The translations under genes and the position numbers were made by a program. A stretch of DNA of 64,000 nucleotides from the human T2T-CHM13v2.0 reference genome, Homo sapiens. Location of the stretch: assembly GCF_009914755.1 (NCBI RefSeq), contig NC_060936.1; one strand, given 5' to 3'. The notes under the pieces were generated by a model, which did no database searches, was not told where the DNA came from, and was given only the letters and a program-made list of their open reading frames with translations. Shown piece by piece: positions 38,093 through 53,439 of the stretch. Numbering within the stretch: position 1 is the first letter of the stretch; the number at the start of each line of letters is the position of its first letter.

Positions 38093-38593
38093 GCCTCTGT
38101 TGTCTTAGATGCCAACAGCTAAAGTTATTTCATATCCCAGGGGCATTTCATTTCAACAGGTACATTCTAAACCCCCAAATATTCACAGATATTCACCTCT
38201 AATTGCTTGTCAGTCACAATGACAGGACCAAAGCATCCCTTGATTTTCCCAGGTTCCTCCCAACACTGGAACCAACGTCTGGGGTCAGCTCTCCGAATTC
38301 TCACAGTCTCAGATGTTTGGCTCACACTCTGGAGTAGACGGGCAGATGCAAGCACATGGCTTGGCTGGGGAGTTCAGTGTAGCTGTGTTGCAGCTTCTCA
38401 GGCCTCCGTTCTCCCGCTTGCCAGCCTGCTTGATAGGGGTAAGGTCCCTCAGAGGGGACATGAGGCCCCTTTGATCCCAGAATAACAAGAGAAAGTCTGG
38501 GGGGAGAGGAGGAGGTACTGAGATTCTTGGTACCTATACTTTATGAAATGAAGAAACATCTAAACAGGGTTGCAGAACTTGTGGTCTATTTGA

Positions 38594-38634
38594 TCCTCGT
38601 TAGTATAGTGGTGATCATCAAAAAAAAAAAAAAA
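38594..38634 (+). pseudogene. Retroposed 5' fragment of tRNA-Asp(GTC) with poly(A) tail
   Basis: TCCTCGTTAGTATAGTGGTGATCATC vs tRNA-Asp-GTC 5' end TCCTCGTTAGTATAGTGGTGAGTATC (24/26); A15 tail; 20-bp TSD AGAACTTGTGGTCTATTTGA/AGAGCTTGTGATCTATTTGA. Confidence 0.9.
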
Positions 38635-39185
38635 AGAGCTTGTGATCTATTTGAAATAGCTACATGGCAAAGTTAACGCTTTTAATCCCAAAGCATAATG
38701 CAATCTAATGATGCTAACCCACAAAAGCAATTTCAGGATGTATTTGCAAACATTACTTTATCCTGAACTCTTAGGCAAAGTCATGCAGCAGTGAGATGAA
38801 TGGGAGTTTCATGTTGAACAGTGCATATTGTTTTCCGTTCTGTCGGGGCGTCTCTGTGTCTGATGCAGCATTGCTTTTCAGGGAGATGAAGTCCCTGAAA
38901 ATGAGACCCAGGTCCCGAGGTGAAGCTCCTTCTCTGGGGTGCTCCGCAGGGATTCCTAGACGGCTGTCCCCCGCTGCTGAGCCACGCTGAGCTGGCTGCT
39001 CTCACTGGAATCCTGGAACTGGCTCTTCTCTCACATGGGCACTCCAAGGGCCACCAGCATCTCCTCCTACACAGGTGCAATTTTTTTCTTCTTTTTTCTT
39101 TTTCCGTTCCAGGACACTTGTCACCGCCCTGCCCTGTCCTTTCTCCTCTCTTCCTCCCTCTTAGGAGAGTTGCCAGAGTTGCCAG

Positions 39186-39507
39186 TTTCTTCTTCTTCTT
39201 CTTCTTTTTTTTTTTTTTTTTTTTTTTGAGATGGAGTCTCACTGTCACCCAGGCTGGAGGGCAGTGGTGCAATCTCGGCTGACTGCAACCTCCGCCCCCC
39301 AGGTTCAAGCAATTCTCCCTCCTCAACCTCCTGAGTAGCTGGGATTTCAGGCATGCACCACCATGCCCGGCTAATTTTTGTATTTTTAGTAGAGATGGGG
39401 TTTCACCATGTTGGCCAGGTTGGTCTCGAATGCCTGATCTCAGGTGATCCGCCCGCCTCGGCCTCCCAAAGTGCTGGAATTACAGGTGTGAGCCACTGCG
39501 CCCCGCC
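39186..39507 (-). mobile_element. AluSx
   Basis: Full dimer; TSD CCAGTTTCTTCTT. Confidence 0.93.
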
Positions 39508-39569
39508 ACCAGTTTCTTCTTTTGGTGCTCAAAAAATGATTCTTCAGAACATCATGGAAAGGGAGCAAA

Positions 39570-40475
<906 letters not shown>

Positions 40476-40584
40476 AAATACTCTTGAATGAATGGCTGTG
40501 TTCCATCCCTACCCATCTCCAAAGCACAACCCACCAGGTTTACATAACAGGGCAGTGCAGCAGCGAAGTCAAAAGCACAGACAC

Positions 40585-41060
<476 letters not shown>

Positions 41061-42530
41061 TTAGTGCAGTGTCCAAGTCAGAATATAGGGGTTAAGAACA
41101 CATGGCTCAGAGATAAGAACCTGTGGGAGGAGGACTGCCTTACGGGAGAGCTCTGTTGGCCGGATGCCCTCCAGGTCCCACACATCACGCCATGAAGATG
41201 GCTGCCTCCTCCTGGGGAGGATGGAGTTGAGGAGGAGGAGGAGGAAGGCGGCGTCTGGGATACCTCCTGTAAGTGCCATGCCTGGGGCCTCCTTGGAATG
41301 TTGGGGAAGTACAGGGTGTTGCTGTGATCGCTACAAAGACATCCTGGTCTCAGTGTTCATGACCGGGGCACGCTGGTGAGCACAATGCCCGGAAAAGCCA
41401 CGCACGGCCCAGCAAAACAGACGGCGTGCCTGTCCGCTTCCCCTCGCCGCCCCAGACAGCTGCTCACCCAACCCTGCTGAGGCATCGCAACCTTTGCCAG
41501 GAATGCTGGGCATACCACCCCACAAACAGAGTGCAGGGTAACACGGGCCTCCAGTGCCCCCGCCAGCTGGGCCCCAGTACGGCCATCCAGAGTGGCCAGG
41601 CCAGCATTGCCCTGGGACAATCTGGCTTCCTCGGAGCCCATCCCCTCGGCATATATGGAGCATTCTCCATGAGCAAGTCCCTGAGGGCCGCTTGCTTTCC
41701 TGCAGATGGATGGAGGTCTGTGATGGGCCTGAACTGGAAGTCATAAAACACGGGTGTGAGTTCTGCCTCCTTCTCTAATGAGCCGGATGGCCTTGAGTAA
41801 GTCACTCACCTTCTCAAGGCCTCGGCTTCCTCCCCTGTCGCTGGGAGAAATTGTGTCTGTCTGAAGTATCTCACGGCCTGGGAAAATCAAAGCGAATCAC
41901 GTTGACGCAGGTACTTGGTACGCCCTGAATCACCGCCCCTGGTTACCCACAGGAGCGTCTAAGCAGGCCTGCAAGGCAGCCTGCAGCTTGGCCTCTACCC
42001 GTGTGATGCAGCAAACACACTTGCAAGGCATGTTCTACTCTTCAAATGACGGTATATAGAACCCGCGGGTACTTATAAGGTGAAGATTGACCCTGTGTGA
42101 ATGACAAGGAAGTGATTCCTGAAGTTCCAGAGGGAGGAAGGGATTTGCTCAAAGTCACCCAGCAGGTGAGTGACAAAGCTGGCCCTTGGACGAGCCTCCT
42201 CCTCCCATGTCTTTCAGCCTCACAGAGGGACAGAGTTTGACTGCGGGACTCAGCCTGAGGCAGGGGACAGAATCCCTGAGTGTGCTCCTGGCCAGTGGCT
42301 TCATCTCTCATCTCTCTGTGACTCTGTTTTCTTTAGCTGTCTATGGAAAGAATAAGCATGAGAAGCATTCAATTTGATTCAAACTGAAGCACTGCACCTG
42401 CTTTGTGTGAGACACTTTAGCCACCTCAGGGGTACACACACAAAAGCCCACTGTCCCTGCCCTCAAGGAGCCTATCATATAATGACAGTCACTAAAATTT
42501 GAAGATCTCTTTACAGTTCACCTTTACTTC

Positions 42531-42894
42531 TGATATGGTTTGGCTCTGTGTGCCCACTCAAATCTCATCTTGAATTGTAATCCCCACGTGTTGAGGGAGG
42601 GACCTGATGGGAGGTGATTGGATTATGGGGGCGGTTTCCCACATGTTCTTGTGACAGTGAAGGAGTTCTCACAAGATCTGATGGTTTAAAGTGTTTTGCA
42701 ATTCCCCCCTCACACTCTCTTTCCTGCCTCCTTGTGAAGAAGGTGCTTGCTTTCCCTTCGCCTTCCGCCATGATTGTAAGTTTCCTGAGGGCCTCCCCAA
42801 CCAGGCAGAGCTGTGACTCAATTAAAACTGTCTTCTTTGTAAATTACCCAGTCTCAGGTGTGTCTTTATAGCAGCATGAGAACAGACTAATACA
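42531..42894 (+). mobile_element. THE1D/MSTA-type MaLR solo LTR
   Basis: TGATATGGTTTGGCTCTGTG ... CCGCCATGATTGTAAGTTTCCTGAGG ... GACTAATACA; 5-bp TSD ACTTC/CCTTC. Confidence 0.9.
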
Positions 42895-44223
42895 CCTTCT
42901 CTCACTTTTTCTTCAAAATGATAGGCAGTGTTATTGACGCTGTTTCACAAACGAGGACCTCCGATGGAAGGAGCTAGGCTACCTGGGAGAAATGATATTC
43001 TGCTGGCATCCCACTACACTTTCTACCTGAGGCATCGTCCCTAAAACACTAGGACATCAGGAAAACCTAATGATGACTACTGTTTCATTTAGGGCCCTCT
43101 CAGCTGCAAGTACAAAGACATAGAAACCAAGTATTGGGTTTTTAGCTGAGAAGCCCAGCATCAGGCTGGACCACCATCTGCGCATCCTGTCTGGGGTTCA
43201 TACACAACAAAGACCTGATTTCTCTCCTGTTCTCCGCTCAGCTTTCATGGTCTCCTGGAGCTGAGATCTTCTCAGCCCACAGGTGATGACAGAATGGAGA
43301 TAGTGGTTCCGGCTTCAATGCTTCCAGGTTCAAGTCCACGGGGAAGAACCCTGCCTCCCTCTCAGAAGGCTCAGCTCCAGTCCCCTGGGTTCCAGTAGAA
43401 GCCCAAGCCCCTCCAGGAACCCCTTACTGTTACTGTGAAGGCGGAATATGGCTTTGGTTAATTGAGGCCAACTCACAGTGCTAGATCAATCCCCCTAAAC
43501 CACAAGGGCGGAGGGTGGGACCAGATAGGTTATTAAGGGAAATTTGGGTACTCTTTTACCCAGAGGGTGAACAGATGCTAAATGGCCCAACTATGCACAT
43601 GTGTAGCCATCCACTGCAACAATGCGTAGTAGTTGGTTAATAAATTTATTTTCATTTACCAATTGATTTATCAGCAAAATGAATAAAAACTAAGTAGGCT
43701 ACCTGTAAGAAAAGGTAATAAAATATGTAAAAATGAATTAAACACTGTAATCTGCCTCAAGTGGATTCAGTGGCTTTGTCTGTGATTCCCTGAACCTGCT
43801 CTCATTGGATAATTTCACCTTATTAGTATATACACCACAACCTCAGAAGGCAACTATAAGAGCCAGATGCCTGGACAGCCATATGGAAAAAAATGCAAAA
43901 TTTGATCCATTCCTCACACCATATACCAGAATAAGTTCCAAATGGATCATGAATCTAAATATAAAAAAATGAAATGATACAAGTGTTAGAAGAAAGGATG
44001 GGTATTCAACCCATGTTGTTTGAGTTTTAAAAACCAACAACAAAAAGAAAGGATAGGTAAATTTCTCTGTGAGAAAACGTAAATAAATTTAATTACATAT
44101 ATATATATATGTAATATAGCCAAAGATACCATACACAAAGTAGAAAAAGAAAATAATGGAGAAAACAGTTGCAACCAAGTTCATAGAGAATGGGTCATTG
44201 TCCCAAATATTAAAGGACTTTTA

Positions 44224-44631
<408 letters not shown>

Positions 44632-44649
44632 TTAAAACTACACTAAGAT

Positions 44650-44958
<309 letters not shown>

Positions 44959-45409
44959 ACTACACTAAGATAACTTTTAGATTGTCAAAAATCTAAAAGT
45001 TTGACACTATACTCTTTTGGCTACAGGGAGATTAGCCCTTTCATATGTTGCTAGAGGAAATACAAAATGGTATAACCATTACAGGAATTTGGCAATGTGT
45101 AGCAAAATTATATATGCATTTAACCATTGATTCAGAATTTATCTGGGCATTTATCCCATAGATACTGTGTATTAAAAAACAGAAAAACATATGAACAGGT
45201 TTGTAATAGCAAAAGACAGGAAATAACCCAAATATCCATTGGTAAGGAACTGTTAAATCAACTAAGCAGTAGAATACCACGCAACTGAATAAAGAAGTAG
45301 AGAAATGAGGGCTGCCTTCATCCCTACGTGAAAAAAGCAAGATGGAGAAAGATGTGTGCAAAATGTTTCCACTTATCCACGAAAAGAGGGGTAAAAAATA
45401 TATAGATAT

Positions 45410-45768
<359 letters not shown>

Positions 45769-45956
45769 TTACATTTCATAAAACAGATAATAAAATAATA
45801 AACCATAAACTAAATTGAAGGAGATGAAGGAAGCAAGGGAGAAGAGACACCAAGACAGAAGCTAATATTTTAATCAATGCATTAATACTTCATTTTGTAG
45901 ATTTCACTCTGGAATCATTAAGTATCTTATAGGTTTTTTTTAAGAAACAAGCTCGG

Positions 45957-46562
<606 letters not shown>

Positions 46563-47162
46563 TAAAATAATAAAAAGCAAGCTCTGAAATTAAAAATAAA
46601 ACAAATAAACTTAACTGTAATCTTCTTGGTGACTAGAGAAGCAGTACTCCAAGTGACTTGAAAGTACAAAATTCAACTGTACATCCCTAGTGCATTCTAT
46701 CTCAAGGAAGAGAAGACATGGGGAAAATTGTAAGTGTTTTCAATGATCATATCATTGAAGATAATGCTGGTATTGTCATTCCGGAACTGCCGAGTATGTA
46801 CTGCGGGATAAAGCAAAGGCCTGCGTATGTTCTATCATCCTTAGGGTACTTAAGACTGAAATTCTTGACATGAGACAAAGGGGACACAGGTGTGAGATAG
46901 AAGAGGTTAAGTAAGAACTTCATAGTCTTGAGTTTGAATTGGAAATATCAGATTTTATGGTTAGTTATGTAGCAATTGTGGACCGATACCATCGGTCTTT
47001 TACGATCGAAGGGATTCATCTTCCCCTACCGCTCACTCCCCCATCTACCCAATAAATCACCAGAGCTCTACAGCTCTAATTCAGAACTCCTCCCAGCTCT
47101 GACCCTGCTCTCCAGCCCGACTGCCACTGCCTCGATGACGGCCCACCAGCCCTGACCCGCAC

Positions 47163-47300
47163 TTTGTTTTTTTTTGTATTTTCAGTAGAGACAAGGTTTC
47201 ACTATGTTGGCCAGGCTGGTCTTGAACTCCTGACCTCAGGATCCGCCTGCCTCGGCCTCCCAAAGTGCTGGGGTTACAGGTGTGAGCCACCGTGCCCAGC
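47163..47300 (-). mobile_element. Alu left monomer with TSD
   Basis: Left arm only; flanked by CCCTGACC(C/T)GCACTTT. Confidence 0.88.
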
Positions 47301-47419
47301 CCTGACCTGCACTTTTAACAGTGTCTTTGCTAGCATTGCTGCCTCCATCTCTCCCCAGCTCCAGTCTCCACCATCACCAGGATGATTTTCCCCACCAAAT
47401 GCTGACTAAGCCATACTCC

Positions 47420-47827
47420 TACTGCATCAAGCAGGATTCCAGAGAGAAGTGAAACACCCAAAGGGGTTTTCTAAAGAGAGCTTAAATCAGGGATGATTTA
47501 CAGTGATGGGGGTAGAAGTGGTGAAGCACCCAAGGACCAGCCACAGCTGAAGCCTTTACCACCTACGCCTGCCTGGTATCTATCACCAGAGTCAATGCCA
47601 CCTGGAGCCAGGGGAGGGGGAGCCCGACAGGAGCTGTGGTCGCAGAGGAAGGCAGCTGCCGTCAGAAATGGGACAAGGCAGTGGGAGACAGACATCCCTG
47701 TCTCTTTCTCTTCCTGCCCGCCAACCAGTGGGCAAAGGAGCCTGGCTGGAGCAGTCTGTAGAGATGTCAGAGGAGGATAGAGAATGGAGGGGCTAGGGGA
47801 GACAGGGCAAACTAAATAGCCAGCACA
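47420..47827 (-). mobile_element. Old ERVL-type LTR (LTR33/LTR41-like)
   Basis: CCAGTGGGCAAAGGAGCCTGG...GCAGTCTGTAGAG; ends ...ATAGCCAGCACA. Confidence 0.55.
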
Positions 47828-49137
47828 CCCACTTAAGGCCACTATTCACTCCCCATGCTCTCAGGAGCAAGCCCAGGTTCTCCGGCATGGCATACCAGGC
47901 ACGCATGAGCCGACACACTCTCTCCCTACGACCTTGGTTCCTGCTAGTGGCCTCCCACCATCCCCATGCCCAAGTGACAGTTACCCCCAGACCTGCATAG
48001 CCCTCTCACAACTTCCCACCTTGCCAGACCCTATTCCCTCTGCTTGTATCACACCTTCCCTATTCCACCCTCTCCCCTTCTTCACATGTCAACCTCCTAT
48101 TCACCCTTCAAGGCTTTTTTCTGATGGCATCTCCTTCATTCAGCCTTCACCAAGTTCTGCACTTAGAGTATCTCCTCTGTTCCCACAGCCGTCTACACAG
48201 GCCTCATCGGAGCAGCCATGGCCTTGTTCTAAGGCTGTTCACTTGTCTGTCTCCCTGTCCGTACCGCAAGCTCCCTGAGGTCTGAGACTGGGTCTATTCA
48301 TCTCTCCATCCTCGGCCTAATGGTACTAGACACATAGTCAGCCCATAAATATTTATTGAATCAACCAATGAATAAAAGAGAAGACTTTTGTGTCTTTGTT
48401 TCCCATTCCTTTTTTCCCCCACTCTCACAATGGAGAAGCGTCATGGGGCAGGAATAAAGAGAAAGAGGAATGTGTGCCCCATATTCACTCCATACTCTCC
48501 TCTCCCCATCCAGTTCCAGGCTCTGCCTTATACAACAAGGGAACCTTTCTCCTTGGCCTTTCTATTGCTGGACGGTACCAGGTTTGACTCAGGGGACCTG
48601 AGGAAAAGGCTTTATCCCCCAGAATGCCTGCCCTGACCCCACAGAACCAGGGTTGCCTGAAGCAGCCCCAGCCAGACTTTCTGCAGTGGGAGCCGTCTCA
48701 TCCAGGAGACGCCACACTGCTCATCCTGGTCAGAGGCTGGTCAGAGGCTGCAACTGCCCCTGGCTATTCCAAGAACAGGCAATTTGTCAAAACGTCTCTG
48801 AGCAGGCCCCAGGGCCAGCCACTCCTTCCCTCCTCCTTCCTTCCCCATCCATTCATTTACCCGTAGGTATTGAGTGCTCCCAAGGGCCCAGGACTGGCTT
48901 CCCGGACTTCCAGTCCAGCAGGAGAGACACATTGAGCAAGTAATAACAAGTGTGACGAGGCTATAGGGAAGACAGAAGGAAAAGGAGGCCATGGAGGGAA
49001 GGAGCAACCAAGAACAAACGAAGGGAAAAAGGCAAAAGCAGAAAGAGGCGTCACAGGCCAGCCCCTCCCCACTCTTCCCTGCATTCCAGAAACCAGAGGG
49101 CCTGGAGAGGAGGCACCAATGAGCCACAGAGATGCAT

Positions 49138-49864
49138 TGTATTCATTTTCTGGGGCTGCAGTAACAGAATGCCACAGACTAGGGGGCTTACACAGCAGAA
49201 ATGTACTGTCTCACAGCTCTGGAAGCCAGAAGCCTCCAGGCTCCTTCTGAGCACTGTGAGGGGGTCCGTCCCATGCCTCTCCGCTGGCATCTAGGGGTTT
49301 GCTGCAGTCTTTGGCATTCCTGGCTTGTGGATGGCATTCTCCCTGTCTTCAATCAGCTTCCCTTTGTATGTGTCCCTCTACACATGGCATTCACGTGTGT
49401 GTTAAAAGTTACCATTTTTAAGTAGTTCAGTGGCCTTGAGTGTATCCACAATGTTGTGTCACGTTCCATCTCCAGAACTTTCTCATCATCCCAAACGGAA
49501 ACTCCACATCCATTCAACACTGACTCTCCATACCCCATTTCCCAGCCCCTGCTCACATCTATTCTACCATCTGTTTATGAATTTCACTATTCTAGGCAGC
49601 TCCTTCATGGAATCACACAGTTTGTCCTGATGTGACTGGCTTATTTCACTGAGCACAATGCCTTCCGTTTTCATCCATGTTCACATGGCACTATTTTATA
49701 AAGGATCCCAATCATAGAGGGCTAGGGGCCCACTCTCCTCTAGTCCAACCTCATTTTAATTTAACTAATTCCCTCTGCAGCAACCCTATCACCAACTAAG
49801 TTCACATTCTGAGGCACCGGGGATGAGGACCTCAACATAGGAATCTGGGGGGACACAACACAAC
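49138..49864 (-). mobile_element. MLT1 LTR containing an L1 3'-end insert (about 49397-49682)
   Basis: TGTATTCATTTTCTGGGGCTGCAGTAACAGAATGCCACAGAC ... AAGTTCACATTCTGAGG; L1 part CATCTCCAGAACTTTCTCATCATCCCAAACGGAAACTC. Confidence 0.8.
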
Positions 49865-50691
49865 AGGTGTGCCGTGACCGAGACAGAGATGGGAGGAACA
49901 GAAAAAGCCACCCTGACAGGCAGCATGGGAGGGGTGATGAGCAAGTTCTTGTTTTGTTGACCCTTAACCCCTCTGTACTCCCTACAGGAGCCACTTCCCT
50001 GGCGTGCTTCCCCAGCCCGGCTGACTCACTGGACAGGAAAAGGAAGGGCAGGAATTCAGGCCGATGAGCCAGGGACCCTCACCTCTGGCCGGGCCTGGCA
50101 CAGCCTCCTGGGGAGCCCCCGCACACCAGCCCTCCCGGCACCACTCGGTGTGTCCTGCCTGGCTGATGGGCAGCCACGTATGCCCCACCCTCCCCTGACC
50201 GTGCCCACTTACCCAGGGGCCCAGCTGTCTTGGCTGGCAGGCTTCCATTGCAAGTCACTCCTCCATCCACACAGATCACTCACGTCCCTCATTCCGTCCC
50301 TCGTTCCACAGAGCGTGTTGACACCCACTGCGGGGCAGGCCTGGCTGCAGGCCTGGAGATGCAACAGCAGCAAAAGGAGCAGCCCCTGCCCCAGGAGGCT
50401 CCCATTCAAGTGAAGGAGGCAGACGAAAGGCCACAACAGTCGAGTGCACACTGTCAGATGGCGATGAGGGCCAAGGAGGCACAGCAGCAGGGGAGGGGAT
50501 AGGGAAGGCCCCGGTGGGCTGGGCTGCGTGAGCCACCTCTGACAAGGGTGCCTGGGAGCAGAGGCCCAAAGGATTGGACAGAACCAGCCATGTGGATCCT
50601 GGGGGAGAGGATCCAGGCTGAGGAAGCAGCAAGGGCTCAGGCGAGAGCGGGAGTGCCCCCATCCTTTCCAAGAAACACCCACGAGTCCAGG

Positions 50692-50694
<3 letters not shown>

Positions 50695-50729
<35 letters not shown>

Positions 50730-51117
50730 CTATATGTGTGTGTCTGTATGAGTATGTGTCTGTATGATGTCTGTGTGTCTTTATGTGTGTGTGTCTGTGT
50801 ATCTATATGTGTGTGTCTGTATGTGTATGTGTCTGTATGATGTCTGTGTGTCTTTATGTGTGTGTCTGTGTGTATCTATGTGTGTATGTGTGTGTCTGTA
50901 TGTGTATGTGTCTGTATGATGTCTGTGTGTCTTTATGTGTGTGTGTCTGTGTGTGTGTCTATGTTCCTGGGTGTGTGTCTGTATGTGTGTACCTATATGT
51001 GTGTGTGTGTGTATCTATATGTGTATGTGTCTGTATGTGCATGTGTCTGTATGATGTGTCTATGTGTCTCTATGTGTGTGTGTCTGTACGTGTGTGTGTA
51101 TCTATATATGTGTCTGT

Positions 51118-51159
<42 letters not shown>
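50695..51159. repeat. Compound (TG)n micro/minisatellite
   Basis: Pure (TG)n at both ends; internal units of about 75 bp containing GTCTGTATGATGTCTGTGTGTCTTTATG. Confidence 0.95.
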
Positions 51160-51160
<1 letters not shown>

Positions 51161-52438
51161 GGGAAATGGCAGTGGCAGGTGCACTATATGGTGGAGACAC
51201 TGGGTTTTAGGCTTTAATGAGTTTGGGTTTTACCCCCAAGAAACTGGGGGTAAAAGAGGGAATAAAAGCAAAACATCCCATGCCCTCAAGGAACGTCTAG
51301 TCCAGGATTAGAAGTGGGGCAGTCCCAGGAAGGAGCCATCTTGACAGTGAATTCACGCGGAAGACGCGTGAACCCAGCTGGCCTGGAGAGACAGAGGTGC
51401 TTTGCAGGGCATGGGGAAGCCAGCAGGTCCCAGTCGAGAAACCTGGTTTTCTGTCTGGGTTGGTTGAAGACTCTTTGTCCCAGAAGGAGTCGCTTGTTTG
51501 CTTGTTCATCTTAAGTTTAAATTGAGAGAGGTTAACGGCTTTTGCCTCAGAAGGCAGGCTGGCCTGGCAGGGTGTGTGTTGTGAGGTGCAGAAACACATC
51601 TTCCCCAGCTGGCCTCACAGGCCAAGAAGCAGATAATGTCTTCCTTCTGCCAGCTTCCCCGCAGCTTGGTTTTCCTGGGACAGTTCCTCCGCTGGAGGAA
51701 GGGACAGGGGATGGGGACAGGGGATGGAGGAGGAGTTGGGGAGACCCTTCAGAGAGTGTGGCAGAAACACGTGTGTACAGGCTGGCACACGAGTCACAGA
51801 GGCAACAGGGTGGCTGCGGGGAGAAATGTGAGCAGAGCTCATGCAATTGTCGTGAGTGAGTGCGCTCTCGCGGCTCTAAGGATTTGGGAAAACAACTTGC
51901 AGATCCAGGCATGTTTACGTAGGGAGGGGTGCCGTGTGCTGGACCAGGTCCAGAACTAAAAATAACACAGTATTTCTGTGCCCAGCAAGAGCGCTAGCAT
52001 CTGTGGGGTTTGCGTGGTGGGAAGAGTGTGGTTTCAGCTGAACCAGGCGCAGTGTGACCAGAACAGTAGGAGGGAAGGCCAGGCCTGGGTGGGAGGCCCC
52101 AGGATGGGCGGGGGAAGGACTGAGGGCGAAGGCCATCCCAACTCGCAGCAGAAAAAGCCTCCAGGCGGTCACGGGCTGCCCATCTCGTGAGGCCAGATGT
52201 GGGTCCTCCTGCATATCTGAAACAGCACAGAGCATTGGGGCAGCCTCCAAACCTCCCCTATAAGGAGCAGTTAAGGGATCCAGAGGGCGTGGCCTGGAGC
52301 AGAGAGAAGGGAAGCAACATGTGTGGGGCATTCACAAGTGCAGGATGCCTTCTCCGGGCTCCCATGATGATCCAGACAGGTAGGCGTTTTCCTTCCCTTT
52401 TTGCAGATTGTGAAAACAGCGTTCAAAAAAGACTCATG

Positions 52439-52747
<309 letters not shown>

Positions 52748-53439
52748 CTCTTGTAACCCTGGGGCCACCCAGCCACAAAGAGGCAGGGCTGGGACAGGCC
52801 CCTGCAAGTCTCCTCTGGAAGGCCAAAGGGCTGCTACTAGGAAGGGGTGGCAGACTCATCCCATGTGGCTTCAGAGGGCAGGACATGGACAAAGGTTATG
52901 GGAAGGGAGGGAAACTTTCCAATAACCAGACTGCACAAGAGTGGAGTGGCCTGCCTCAGGAGGGGTAAGCTCATGCAAAAGCTGGCTGTTGGGGACATTG
53001 GGAGGGACTCTGAAGGTCACCACCACTCTGAATCAATGCTGTGTGGGAGGATGCCAGGGTCCACTGGACCCATGACGTGCCTTTAGCGTGGGAAGCAGGG
53101 AACCTCAACTTTGGAAAGAGTGAGGGCACAGTGATGTCCAGCCACTCCCAGAAGCCGTCTGTTAATAGAGCAACCCCTCGGGCGGTGTGCAATCCTAATG
53201 ACCAGCCCCAGGACATTGGAAACAGGGTCCTGCTGACCACAGTCTAGGAGACAGGGCTGCACACAGACGGAACCAAGCACACAAGACGAGAGAGGGTGTG
53301 TACCGCAGAAACCAAGGGCTCATTTATGTGCTGCGTTCTCAGTCTGCAAGGAGTCAGAAGAGAGGACAGTGAGGCCAGGAGAACTCAGGGAACACTCCTT
53401 GTTGTAATCATCACAGTTATGTAACTCATATTACCAGCT

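Larger units (their letters stand above)
47025..48375 (+). mobile_element. L2 fragments, interrupted by an Alu monomer and an ERVL-type LTR
   Basis: CTCACTCCCCCATCTACCCAATAAATCACC ... ends CCCATAAATATTTATTGAATCAACCAATGAAT. Confidence 0.7.

Noticed and set aside
38594-38619. Functional tRNA-Asp gene
   Set aside because: Only the first 26 nt are present; there is no anticodon arm, B-box or 3' acceptor strand.
38868-39080. Possible exon between TTTTCAG (38881) and CAG/GTGCAA (39074)
   Set aside because: Weak donor, no recognisable product and no partner exons; it cannot be supported without transcript data.
46981-47001. Bacterial intrinsic terminator (hairpin + T4)
   Set aside because: There is no prokaryotic context or upstream gene; kept only as an unexplained hairpin under findings.
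50230-50502. Gln-rich 90-aa ORF that looks protein-like
   Set aside because: Overlaps an antisense L2-like fragment (CCCCTGCCCCAGGAGGCTCCCATTC); it has no ATG start or exon context that I can support.
50783-51311. Cys/Val-rich ORFs of 144-151 aa
   Set aside because: Translation of the (TG)n satellite.
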